Shown here piece by piece: positions 1 to 10,886 of a stretch of 64,000 nucleotides of DNA. The position numbers and the translations under genes are program-made. The DNA is from Planctomycetota bacterium. Lineage in GTDB: Bacteria; Planctomycetota; J058; J103. Below the pieces are notes generated by a model. The model did not search any database. It had not been told where the DNA came from and saw nothing but the letters and a program-made list of their open reading frames with translations. Each line of letters starts with the position of its first letter. The first letter of the stretch is position 1. The stretch covers positions 358,733-422,732 of the forward strand of contig BPJM01000001.1 in assembly GCA_026004615.1 (NCBI GenBank), written 5' to 3'.

Positions 1-1
1 C

Positions 2-1369
2 ATGGCGGGGTTCGCGCACCGGCTCGCCGCGCTCGAACGGCGCCACGCCGAGCTGGCCGCCCGGACCGACCTCGAGGCGGCTGCCCGCGCCGGGCTCGAG
101 CCCATCCGGCTCCGCCTGGCGCAGCTGCGCGAGGCCTGTGAGCAGCTGCAGCGCCGCCGCGAGGCGGAGCGGGCGGCGCGCCTGGCATGGCGGCTGCTGC
201 CGGCGGCGGCCGATCGCGTGGAACGCTACCTGGAGGCCCTGCGCGCGTTGTGCGAGCGCTACCCCGACACCGAGCCCGCCGGCGTGCTGCTCCAGGTCCT
301 GGCGCACGCCGAAGCGTGGCGGGCGGCCGAGGCCTGGTTCGACGCGGTCGCTCCGTGGGCCGCGCTGCCAGCTCCGCCGCCTGCCGGCGCCGCACGCGAG
401 TGCGCCGAAGCGCTCCACGCCTACCTGGAGCGCCATCCCGGCGGGCCATGGGCCGAGCAGGCCCGCACGATCGCAGCCTACTACGACCGGCTCGCCGCGA
501 TCGCCGCCCGGCGCTTCGAGCGCTTCGCTGCGGTACGCGAGCTGCTCAATCTCCCCCTGATCGCCTCGACGCGGGTGATCATCGACCGCGCGAGCGGCAA
601 GCGCTACCTTCTGCCGCCGGACGCACGCCCGGTCGAGTTCGGCGACTTCGTCTCGGTCCCGGTCCTGCGGACGACGGACCTGCGGCGGAGCGAGCGGGTG
701 CGCCTGCCGAAGGCGCAGATCGAGGGCCCCCATCCCAGTCCGCAGGCGGAACTCGCCCTGCAGCTGCACCGGGTGCTGGATGCCTATCGCCCCGCTCAGG
801 AACCGACCTTCTGGCTCCGCTTCGCGCAGCAGATCGCCGGGGCCGAGCAGGTCGACCCGGTGCTGCGCGCCGCCCTGCTCGCCCGCATCCTGCCGTATGC
901 CGCCGAAGACACCTGGGGCGCGGAGCGACAGATCGCCGAATGGGTGGCCGCCCTCGCCCAGCGCCAGGTCGTCGACTGGCCCGATCCCGACGACGTCGAG
1001 GCGGAGTTCGAACGCAGGCGCATGCAGTCGGCGCTCTCCGGCCTGGACTTCGCCGGCGCGCTCGCTCGTGCCCGGGCGGCGCAACAGCAGGTGCTGGAGC
1101 TGGTGGAGAGCAGCTTCGTGCGCGTGCTCGGGCGCGGGGTGCTGATGCGCGCCCCGGACCGCACGGCGTGGACGCTCGCGGGCGGTCCGGATCCGCTGCC
1201 GGCCGGCGCGCGGCTGCTCGCGGTCGTGCAGGAGCAACAGGGCCCACGCGCGGTGTGGCTCGGGGCAGTGGCGGCCGAGGGGCGTCGCCTGCAGACGCCG
1301 CCGCCACCGCCGCTGACCGAGGGCTGGTTGCTCTTTCTGTGCGCCGCGCCCGTGGAACAGCAGCGATAG
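2..1369 (+). CDS. Hypothetical helical protein (probably the C-terminal part; may begin left of the window)
   Basis: 455-aa ORF with protein-like composition (Leu/Ala/Glu/Trp helices). Its stop is followed directly by the RBS GAGGAG of the next gene. No recognisable motif. Confidence 0.7.
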   Translation: MAGFAHRLAALERRHAELAARTDLEAAARAGLEPIRLRLAQLREACEQLQRRREAERAARLAWRLLPAAADRVERYLEALRALCERYPDTEPAGVLLQVLAHAEAWRAAEAWFDAVAPWAALPAPPPAGAARECAEALHAYLERHPGGPWAEQARTIAAYYDRLAAIAARRFERFAAVRELLNLPLIASTRVIIDRASGKRYLLPPDARPVEFGDFVSVPVLRTTDLRRSERVRLPKAQIEGPHPSPQAELALQLHRVLDAYRPAQEPTFWLRFAQQIAGAEQVDPVLRAALLARILPYAAEDTWGAERQIAEWVAALAQRQVVDWPDPDDVEAEFERRRMQSALSGLDFAGALARARAAQQQVLELVESSFVRVLGRGVLMRAPDRTAWTLAGGPDPLPAGARLLAVVQEQQGPRAVWLGAVAAEGRRLQTPPPPPLTEGWLLFLCAAPVEQQR

Positions 1370-1380
1370 AGGAGCTGGCC

Positions 1381-2580
1381 ATGCCGGAGAAGTACTACGT
1401 CCGCTGGCGCGGGCGGGTGCAGGGACCGTTCACCATGGCGCAGTTGCAGACCCTGCGCGCACGGCGCCTGCTCTCGCGCGCCCACCAGCTCTCGACCGAT
1501 CGGCGGCACTGGATGCCCGCCGGGCAGTTCGCGGAGCTGTTCTCGCCTGCACAGCCGCCCGCCCCGGAGCCGGCTGCTGCGGCGAGCGCGGCGGCCGCGC
1601 CCGCAGCCGAGCAGCTCGCACCGGGCGCCGCGCCTGCGGGCGAGCGCCCGGACTGCCCGGAGCTCGGTGTGCCCGCGATGACACCCCTGCGCCCCAGCGG
1701 AGGACTCGGGCGCGATCCACGGGAACGGAGCTGGCGAGCCGGCTCGAGCGTGGCGCACCAGCGCCTGCAGGGTGTCGCACTGCTCGGAGCCATCGCCTAC
1801 GGCCTGGGCAGCGGCCTGACCGCGATCCTCCTGGCCCCGGCGGCTCCGGAGGCCGACTGGGTCCCCGCCCTGCAGAGGATCGGTGTCCTGAACGTCCTCT
1901 TCGGCGTTGCGATCGCGATCCTTCTTCTCGTGGCGCAGCCCCCCGCGCGGTGGAGCGTCGCGGTTGTGATCTGTGGCACGTCGCTGCTCCTGACGCCGCT
2001 GTTGATCTCCCTCGCGATCCCGATGGTGGCGGAGCCGATCTGGCAGAGCACCGCACGCGCTGCGCTGTGGTTCGCGCTCCTCGCCCTGCTGCTCGCGCTC
2101 GTCGTGCAGATCGGGCTGTGGACCGGGATCGGATTGCTGTGGATCGCACCCGCGCACGAGGCGTCACGACTCCTCACCGGCATCAGCGGGTGCGTCGGTC
2201 TGGCGCTGGGCGTGCTCGCCCTCGCGCTGAGCGAGCTCGCGCGCGCGGTTCCGGTGGCGGCGGCCAGCGCCGGCCCCGCGCTCGAGCTCGTGCTGTATCT
2301 GATCGTACTGCTGCTGGCCGCGCTCTGTCTGTCGCCCCGCGCCGCGGCCGCCCTGCGCGCGCCGCTCACCGTGCTCGCCGCCATCGCCACCGCGGTGTCG
2401 ATCCTCGGCGGCGCCGTGGACACCCAGAGCCTCGAGGGCTCGCGCGCCCTGTCGTGGGCGATCCTGCTCGCCGGCCTGGGGTGGAACGTCACGGCCTGCG
2501 TTGCGCTGATCGGCTGGATCCACTGGCGGCTCGTGGCGGCCGTGCCGCCCGCACGGCGAGCCCTGCCGCCCGCGGGCTGA
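1381..2580 (+). CDS. GYF_2/DUF4339-domain multi-pass membrane protein
   Basis: ATG 1381 after GAGGAG. N-terminus MPEKYYVRWRGRVQGPFTMAQL...STDRRHWMPA fits the GYF_2 pattern, followed by an Ala/Pro linker and about 8-9 hydrophobic segments (C-terminal part of the 187..2580 ORF). Confidence 0.75.
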   Translation: MPEKYYVRWRGRVQGPFTMAQLQTLRARRLLSRAHQLSTDRRHWMPAGQFAELFSPAQPPAPEPAAAASAAAAPAAEQLAPGAAPAGERPDCPELGVPAMTPLRPSGGLGRDPRERSWRAGSSVAHQRLQGVALLGAIAYGLGSGLTAILLAPAAPEADWVPALQRIGVLNVLFGVAIAILLLVAQPPARWSVAVVICGTSLLLTPLLISLAIPMVAEPIWQSTARAALWFALLALLLALVVQIGLWTGIGLLWIAPAHEASRLLTGISGCVGLALGVLALALSELARAVPVAAASAGPALELVLYLIVLLLAALCLSPRAAAALRAPLTVLAAIATAVSILGGAVDTQSLEGSRALSWAILLAGLGWNVTACVALIGWIHWRLVAAVPPARRALPPAG

Positions 2581-2645
2581 GGGCCGGCCCCAGCAGGGGC
2601 TCGGCATGGCCGCGGGCCCGCACCGGGCCGCCGCGCGCTCGCGCC

Positions 2646-4607
<1,962 letters not shown>

Positions 4608-4661
4608 GGCAGTCCTCCGCTGGCGCCCTGCTGGCGGCTGCGCGCGAGCCGCACCGCGCCG

Positions 4662-4691
4662 ATCATGCGGCCGTGCCGCGCGCGGTGTCAA
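4662..4691 (-). promoter_or_regulatory. Putative sigma70 promoter for acs (TTGACA-N18-CATGAT)
   Basis: Perfect -35 and a plausible -10 about 55 nt upstream of the acs ATG. Confidence 0.5.
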
Positions 4692-4831
4692 GCGCGCTCG
4701 CCCGGCGCGCCCCGCTCCGGCAGACCCGCCGCTGGTCACCCCGCGCACCGCAGCGCTATCATGGAGATCGCGCGCGGGGCCGCCGCCCTCCCGCGGCTGC
4801 ACGGCGCGCACGAGCGCGGAGAACCGTCCCC

Positions 4832-5740
4832 ATGGCCCGCTCTGCCCCTGCTGGCACCCGCTATCGCGCCGGCCACCGGCTCGATCCCCAGAGCCCCGTG
4901 CTGCGGCTGTGGCACAAGGCCAAGCAGCTCGGGACCTGGGATCCGCGCTCGCTCGACTTCCGCCGCGATGCCGCGCACTGGCAGGAGCGCACCGAGCGGG
5001 AACAGGACGCGACACTACGCCTGCTGGCGCTGTTCCTCGGCGGGGAGGAGTCGGTGGCGCTCGACCTGGTCCCCTTGATCTGGGCCGTCGCCCGCGAGGG
5101 CCGGCTCGAGGAGGAGATGTTCCTGGCGGCGTTTCTGTGGGAGGAGGCCAAGCACGTCGAGGCGTTCCACCGCTTCCTGGACGAGGTCACCGGCGAGCCA
5201 GGCGATCTCGGCCGCTATTTCACCCCGAGCTACCAGCGGCTGTTCGGCGAGGAGCTGCCGCGCGCGATGGGGCAGCTGCTCGCCGATCCCTCACCGCCCG
5301 CGCAGGCCGAGGCCTCGGTGACCTACCACATGTTCGTCGAGGGCGTGCTGGCCGAGACCGGCTACCACGCGTTTTTTGAGGCGCTGACGCGCCAGGGGCT
5401 CTTTCCCGGACTGCGCGAGATGATCACGCTGGTCCAGCGCGATGAATCGCGCCACATCGCCTACGGGGTGCACCTGCTGTCCCGGCTGGTGGCCGAGCAC
5501 GGCGACCCGGTATGGGCGGCCATCGAGCGCCGCATGCACGAGCTGTTGCCGCTCGCGCATGGACTGATCGTCGAGAGCCTGAGCCCGTATGGGGATGACA
5601 TCCCCTACGGCCTCGATCTGCAGACCTACCTCACCATCGCGCAGCAGCAGTTCGAGCGGCGCTACCGCCGCATCGAGCGCGCCCGGCGCCAGACGCTGGC
5701 CGAGATCGACCAGCTCGCGCTCGAGGGCGAGGAGCTCTGA
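4832..5740 (+). CDS. R2-like ligand-binding oxidase (Mn/Fe ferritin-like, R2lox)
   Basis: [16 protein letters not shown]-terminus; metal ligands in GEESV, EEAKH, VEG and DESRH; ASVTY carries the cross-link Tyr; ETGY present. ATG 4832 follows GGAG. Confidence 0.9.
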   Translation: MARSAPAGTRYRAGHRLDPQSPVLRLWHKAKQLGTWDPRSLDFRRDAAHWQERTEREQDATLRLLALFLGGEESVALDLVPLIWAVAREGRLEEEMFLAAFLWEEAKHVEAFHRFLDEVTGEPGDLGRYFTPSYQRLFGEELPRAMGQLLADPSPPAQAEASVTYHMFVEGVLAETGYHAFFEALTRQGLFPGLREMITLVQRDESRHIAYGVHLLSRLVAEHGDPVWAAIERRMHELLPLAHGLIVESLSPYGDDIPYGLDLQTYLTIAQQQFERRYRRIERARRQTLAEIDQLALEGEEL

Positions 5741-5755
5741 GGGGGAGGAACGGCG

Positions 5756-6688
5756 ATGCCGGCGAGTACGGCGACGAGCACGAGCACGGCCGCGATCCGC
5801 CACAGCTACGTGCAGGCGAACGGGATCCGCTTCCACCTGGCGCTGGCGGGCGAGGACAGGCCCGCCGCCCCGCTGGTGCTCATGCTCCACGGCTTTCCCG
5901 AGTGCTGGTACTCCTGGCGCCACCAGCTGGCCGCCCTCGGCGCGCACGCGCTGTGCGCCGCCCCCGATCTGCGCGGCTACGGCGAGACCGACAAGCCGCG
6001 CCGCGGCTACGATCTGGATACGCTCGCCGCGGATGCGGCGGCGCTGATCCGCGCGCTGGGGCGCGAGCGGGCGGTGGTGGTGGGCCACGACTGGGGCGGA
6101 GCGATCGCGCTCCACCTGGCCGAGCGCCACCCCGAGCACATCGAGCGGCTGTGCCTGCTCAACGCGGTCGCCGCCGACGATCTGGCCGCCGCCATCTTCC
6201 GCCGGCCGGCGCAGCTGCGCCGCTCCTGGTACATCCTGTCCTTCGCGCTGCCGCTGTTGCCGGAGCGGCGGCTGAGCCGGCAGGAATGCGCGATCGTGCC
6301 GCGCATCCTGCTCGCCGGGGCGCGGCGCCGGGAGGCGTTCACGCGCGAGGACCTGGAGGTGTTCCGGCGCGCGCTCGCCCGCCCCGGCGCGGTGCGCGCC
6401 GCGCTGGCCTACTACCGCACCGGCATGGTGCAGCAGCTGCGCCGGCCCTGGCGGCTGTGGCGCCTGGTGCTGCGCCCCGCGGCCGCCATCCGGCCGCTCG
6501 CCGTACCGGGGCTGGTGCTGTGGGGCCGGGACGATCCGTTCCTGGGTGTGGAGCTGCTCGATGACCTGCGGGCGCGCTTCGCAGGACCGCTGACCATCCG
6601 GCTGCTGGAGCGGTGCGGGCACTGGACCCAGCAGGAGGCGGCCGCAGAGGTCAACCGCGAGCTCCAAGCGTTCGTGCAGGGCCGCTGA
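5756..6688 (+). CDS. Alpha/beta hydrolase, epoxide hydrolase (EphA-like) subfamily
   Basis: HGFPE oxyanion motif, GYGETDKP, GHDWGG (Asp nucleophile), lid tyrosines SWY and YYR, WGRDD acid, CGHW His. Confidence 0.88.
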   Translation: MPASTATSTSTAAIRHSYVQANGIRFHLALAGEDRPAAPLVLMLHGFPECWYSWRHQLAALGAHALCAAPDLRGYGETDKPRRGYDLDTLAADAAALIRALGRERAVVVGHDWGGAIALHLAERHPEHIERLCLLNAVAADDLAAAIFRRPAQLRRSWYILSFALPLLPERRLSRQECAIVPRILLAGARRREAFTREDLEVFRRALARPGAVRAALAYYRTGMVQQLRRPWRLWRLVLRPAAAIRPLAVPGLVLWGRDDPFLGVELLDDLRARFAGPLTIRLLERCGHWTQQEAAAEVNRELQAFVQGR

Positions 6689-6808
6689 GCGGCGGCGCGC
6701 CGCGGCTCGCCGCGCAGCCAGGATGGCTCGCCCGCCCGCGCCGGACTCGATGCGCCGCCGCCCCCTCGGATACACTCCAGCTCGACCCTGCAGACAAGGA
6801 GGGCGCTC

Positions 6809-7588
6809 ATGGAGCCCGATGAGGTCCAGCTCGCGATCGACGAGCACGTGGCCACGATCACCATCGCGCGCGAGCGCCAGCGCAACGCCCTCAACTACGA
6901 GGTGCTGAAGCTGCTCATGCGCCGGCTGGACGAGGCGGATCACGACCCGAACGTCTCGGTGGTGGTGCTGACCGGCGCCGGCAGCACCTTCAGCGCCGGC
7001 GGGGACCTGTCGGCGATCCAGGGCGGCACCGTGCTGGCCATGCACGAGGGCCGGCACTTCTACATCGACGTGCTGCGGCGGCTGCTGCGCTTCCCCAAGC
7101 CGACGGTGGCACGCGTCAACGGGCATGCGCTGGGCGGCGGGCTGGGCCTGGTGCTGGCCTGCGACCTCAGCGTCGCCAGCGAGCAGGCCGAGCTCGGCAC
7201 CCCCGAGATCCACCTCGGGCTGTTCCCGATGATGATCCTGCCGCTCATCTTCCGCCACGCCAACCACCGCCAGCGGGCGCTCGAGATGGTGCTCACCGGC
7301 CAGCGGCTGCGCGCCGCCGAGGCCCACGCGCTCGGCCTGGTCGGCCGGGTGGTGCCGCCCGAGCAGCTCGACCAGGCGGTCGCCGAGCTGACCGGCCGGC
7401 TGCTCGCCCAGTCCCCCTCCGCGCTGTTCCTGGGCCGCCGGGCGTATCAGGTCATGAGCGAGTTGCCGCTCGATGGAGCGCTCGATTATCTGGCCTGCAT
7501 GCTCACGATCAACACCATGACCGAGGACGCCGCCGAGGGCATCGGGGCCTTCTTGGAGAAACGACTCCCGCAGTGGAAGGGCAGCTGA
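6809..7588 (+). CDS. Enoyl-CoA hydratase/isomerase (crotonase family)
   Basis: FSAGGDL, VNGHALGGG, LGTPEIHLGLFP, AFLEKRLPQW; RBS AGGAGG. Confidence 0.9.
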   Translation: MEPDEVQLAIDEHVATITIARERQRNALNYEVLKLLMRRLDEADHDPNVSVVVLTGAGSTFSAGGDLSAIQGGTVLAMHEGRHFYIDVLRRLLRFPKPTVARVNGHALGGGLGLVLACDLSVASEQAELGTPEIHLGLFPMMILPLIFRHANHRQRALEMVLTGQRLRAAEAHALGLVGRVVPPEQLDQAVAELTGRLLAQSPSALFLGRRAYQVMSELPLDGALDYLACMLTINTMTEDAAEGIGAFLEKRLPQWKGS

Positions 7589-7589
7589 G

Positions 7590-8162
7590 ATGCACCCCTG
7601 GCACGACGTCGCCTGGGAGGAGGAGCTGCTCGCCGAGCGGTTCCCGGTCATCATCGAGGTCCCGCGCGGCAGCAAGAACAAGTACGAGCTGGACAAGGCC
7701 ACGGGGCTGCTCCGCCTCGACCGCGTGCTCTATAGCGCCGTGCACTACCCGGCCAACTACGGGTTCGTACCCCGCACCTACTGCGAGGACGGCGATCCGC
7801 TCGATGTGCTGGTGCTCGGCCAGGAGCCGGTGCTGCCGCTGACCATCGTGGAGGCGCGCGCGATCGGCCTCATGCGCATGCGCGACGAGAAGGGCCTGGA
7901 CGACAAGCTGCTGGCGGTCAGCATCCACGACCCGGCGGTCGCGGACTATCGCCATCACCGCGAGCTGCCCCCGCACACCCTGCGCGAGATCCGCCGCTTC
8001 TTCCAGGACTACAAGGTGCTGGAGAACAAGCAGGTGGAGGTGGAGGAGTTCCAGTCGCCCGCGGACGCACTCGCGGTGCTGCGCCAGGCGCTGGCGGACT
8101 ACCGCGCGCTCCGAGCCGGCGGGCCCGGCTCGCCGGCGGACCCGACAGCCGGCGGGCGATAG
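7590..8162 (+). CDS. ppa: Family I soluble inorganic pyrophosphatase
   Basis: KNKYELDK, YPANYGFVPRT, DGDPLDVLV, DDKLLAV, FFQDYK. Confidence 0.95.
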   Translation: MHPWHDVAWEEELLAERFPVIIEVPRGSKNKYELDKATGLLRLDRVLYSAVHYPANYGFVPRTYCEDGDPLDVLVLGQEPVLPLTIVEARAIGLMRMRDEKGLDDKLLAVSIHDPAVADYRHHRELPPHTLREIRRFFQDYKVLENKQVEVEEFQSPADALAVLRQALADYRALRAGGPGSPADPTAGGR

Positions 8163-8172
8163 GAGACAGGGT

Positions 8173-9588
8173 ATGTTCCTCTACCAGCGCTACGTGCCCG
8201 GGCTCGCCGCCTATTCCTACCTGGTGGGCGATGAGCGGGCGGGACTGTGCGTGGTCATCGACCCGGTGCGCGACGTCGAGCCTTACCTGGAGGCGGCGGC
8301 CCGCGAGGGCCTGCGCCTCGCGCACGCCTGCGAGACCCACGTCCACGCCGACTTCGTCAGCGGCGCCGCCGAGCTCAAGGCGCGGCTCGGTGCCGCGCTC
8401 ACCGTGCACTGCTCGGGGCTCGGCGGCCCGAGCTGGACCCCACCCTACGCCGATCATCTCGTCGCCGACGGAGACGGCTTCCCGCTCGGACAACTACGCC
8501 TGCAGGCGCTGCACACCCCGGGCCACACCCCCGAGCACGTGAGCTGGGCGGTCTACGACACCGAGCGGAGCGCCGAGGTGCCGTGGCTGCTGCTGAGCGG
8601 CGACTTCCTGTTCGTGGGCGACGTCGGCCGGCCCGATCTGCTCGGCGAGCAGGCGCAGCGCGAGCTGGCGGCGCAGCTCCACCAGAGTCTGTTCGAGCGC
8701 ATCGCCGGGCTGCCCGACTTCGTCGAGATCTATCCGGCGCACGGCGCCGGCTCGCTGTGCGGCAAGGCGCTCGGCGCGCGCGGGCAGAGCACGCTCGGCT
8801 TCGAGCGCCGCTTCAGCCCCGCCTTCGAGCGGCTCGAGCCCGCGCGCTGGACGGCGCAGCTGCTCGCGGGCATGCCGCCCGCCCCGCCGTACTTCCAGCG
8901 CATGAAGCGGATCAACGCCGCGGGCCCGCGCGTGTTCGGCGGCGCCCGGCCCTGGCGGCGCGCGGTGCCGCTCGCCGAGGCCCGCGCGCACATCGAGCGC
9001 GGCGGGCTGGTGCTCGATGTCCGCGACAAGGAGGCGTTCGCCGCCGCCCACATCCCGGGCGCCATCAGCATCCCCCACGGCCCGAACCTGGCGGTGTGGG
9101 CCGGCTGGGTGCTGCCCTACGACACGCCGCTGCTGCTCGTGCTCCACGAGCCCGAGCAGCTCGACGAGGTGGCGGTCGCGCTGTGGCGGATCGGCTTCGA
9201 CGAGATCATCGGCTACCTGGAGGGAGGGCTGGCCGCCTGGGAAGAGGCCGGGCTGCCGCTCGCGCGCACCGAGACCATCGGGGTGCACGAGCTTGCGGCC
9301 CGCCTGGAGGAGGGCGGCGGCGCCGCACCGCCCCTGGTGCTGGACGTGCGGACGGAGGCCGAGTGGCAGGCGGGCCACGTCCGCGGCGCGCTGCACATCC
9401 ATGCGGGGCTCGTGCCCGAGCGGCTGGGGGAGCTGCCGCGCGAGCGCGCGCTGGCGGTCATGTGCGGCAGCGGCTACCGGGCCAGCATCGCCGCCTCGCT
9501 GCTGGAGCGCGCTGGATACCACCGGCTGCTGGTGGTGCTCGGAGGCATGGCGGCCTGGCAGGGCGCGGGGCTGCCGCTGGTGCGGTGA
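8173..9588 (+). CDS. MBL-fold persulfide dioxygenase fused to two rhodanese domains (Blh/CstB-like)
   Basis: ETHVHADF, HTPGHTPEH, GDFLFVGDVGRPDL, PAHGAGSLCGK; rhodanese modules DVRDKEAF..HIPGA and DVRTEAEW..CGSGYRA. Confidence 0.9.
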   Translation: MFLYQRYVPGLAAYSYLVGDERAGLCVVIDPVRDVEPYLEAAAREGLRLAHACETHVHADFVSGAAELKARLGAALTVHCSGLGGPSWTPPYADHLVADGDGFPLGQLRLQALHTPGHTPEHVSWAVYDTERSAEVPWLLLSGDFLFVGDVGRPDLLGEQAQRELAAQLHQSLFERIAGLPDFVEIYPAHGAGSLCGKALGARGQSTLGFERRFSPAFERLEPARWTAQLLAGMPPAPPYFQRMKRINAAGPRVFGGARPWRRAVPLAEARAHIERGGLVLDVRDKEAFAAAHIPGAISIPHGPNLAVWAGWVLPYDTPLLLVLHEPEQLDEVAVALWRIGFDEIIGYLEGGLAAWEEAGLPLARTETIGVHELAARLEEGGGAAPPLVLDVRTEAEWQAGHVRGALHIHAGLVPERLGELPRERALAVMCGSGYRASIAASLLERAGYHRLLVVLGGMAAWQGAGLPLVR

Positions 9589-9610
9589 GCAGCGCGCGCG
9601 GCAGGCCCCC

Positions 9611-10060
9611 TCACCCGGGGCCGGGCCGCGTCGCGCCCGAGCGCTCCAGCCAGTCGCCGCCCGGCACCACCACCCCGTGCGCCGCGAGCCAGGCCCGCCG
9701 CCGGCGCGCCCACACGTAGCACCACGCGGGCTGCCCGCCGCCACCGCGCAGCGGATGCGCCTGGACGACGCACCGCTCGTAGCAACCGCTGCCATCGGGC
9801 GCGCAGTCCTCGTACGCATCCAGGCGCACCAGCGCCGCCGCGACCCGGTCGAACCACAACAGATCTCCCCGCACCCGGCCCGTGCCCTCGGCCACCAGAG
9901 CGGGAAAGCCCTGCGCGGGCAGGTCGTAGAGGGTGCCCGCCACCCAGGCCGGCTCGCTGCGCAACACCGCTCCGCACACCTCGGCATGCGCCGCTGCGCC
10001 CGGCCGCAGCGAGCCGTACACGAACAGCGGCAGTTCGGCATACCAGCCCGGATCCGCCAT
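9611..10060 (-). CDS. Gamma-glutamylcyclotransferase (AIG2-like) family protein
   Basis: LFVYGSLRPG, G.LYDL, FPALV, LDAYE and Y.R motifs; ATG at 10060. Confidence 0.85.
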   Translation of the reverse strand: MADPGWYAELPLFVYGSLRPGAAAHAEVCGAVLRSEPAWVAGTLYDLPAQGFPALVAEGTGRVRGDLLWFDRVAAALVRLDAYEDCAPDGSGCYERCVVQAHPLRGGGGQPAWCYVWARRRRAWLAAHGVVVPGGDWLERSGATRPGPG

Positions 10061-10273
10061 GGCTGCGCGCCCCTGCGCCCCTCCCCCCGCACCCCGGCCC
10101 CCACCCGCCGCCCACTGTGGCGCCGCTGGCGGCGGGTTGCAACCGCGCTCCGGGCCCGGCCGCGCTCTGGCCTGCGCGCCCGCGCCCGCTCCCCGCCCTC
10201 CGCTCCCCGGCAGCGCGCCGCGGCCCGCGGCGGCAGCGCAGGACCTGGCTCTGGGCGCCACCCGAGCCGGCGG

Positions 10274-10302
10274 TTGACAGCGCGGCCGGCGCTGCCCATG
10301 CT
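10274..10302 (+). promoter_or_regulatory. Putative sigma70 promoter (TTGACA-N17-CATGCT) for sixA
   Basis: Perfect -35 with a 17-nt spacer, about 40 nt upstream of GTG 10345. Confidence 0.45.
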
Positions 10303-10344
10303 GCGCTCGGTGCCAGCAGGGGCAAGCCGGGGAGGCCGGGCGCG

Positions 10345-10824
10345 GTGCGGCTCTATCTGGTGCGGCATGGCGAAGCGGTGGCGCAGCAGCTCGATCCCCA
10401 GCGGCCGTTGAGCGAGGCCGGCCGGGCGGCGGTGCGCCGGCTCGCGCGGGCGCTACGCGCCGCGGCTGCGGTGCGGGCACCGGGGGAGGTCTGGCACAGC
10501 TCCAAGCTGCGCGCCCACCAGACCGCCGAGGAGTTGCTCGCGGGGCTGGGCTTGCAGGCACCGCTGCGCCAGGTGGCCGAGCTCGAGCCGGGGGCGGATC
10601 CGGGTGCGCTGCTGGCGGCGCTCGCGGCCGAACGCTCCGACCTCGTGCTGGTCGGCCACCTGCCCTCGCTCGCCGAGCTCGCGGCGCTGCTGGTGCTCGG
10701 CCGGGCCGAGGCCGGCGCGTTCGTGCTCCAGCCCGCCACCGTGCTCTGTCTGGAGCGCGAGCCGGGCCAGCAGCGCTGCGCGGTGCGCTGGATGGTGGAG
10801 CCGGGACTGTTCGGCGGCGGCTGA
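10345..10824 (+). CDS. sixA: Phosphohistidine phosphatase SixA
   Basis: LYLVRHGEA, RPLSEAG, HSSKLRAHQTAE, LVGHLP; GTG start after GGAGG. Confidence 0.88.
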   Translation: MRLYLVRHGEAVAQQLDPQRPLSEAGRAAVRRLARALRAAAAVRAPGEVWHSSKLRAHQTAEELLAGLGLQAPLRQVAELEPGADPGALLAALAAERSDLVLVGHLPSLAELAALLVLGRAEAGAFVLQPATVLCLEREPGQQRCAVRWMVEPGLFGGG

Positions 10825-10886
10825 GCCCGCGCTCCGGCGGCCGGCGCGCGCGCAAGGGTGCCCTCGGAGGAAGGAAGCGACGAGCC

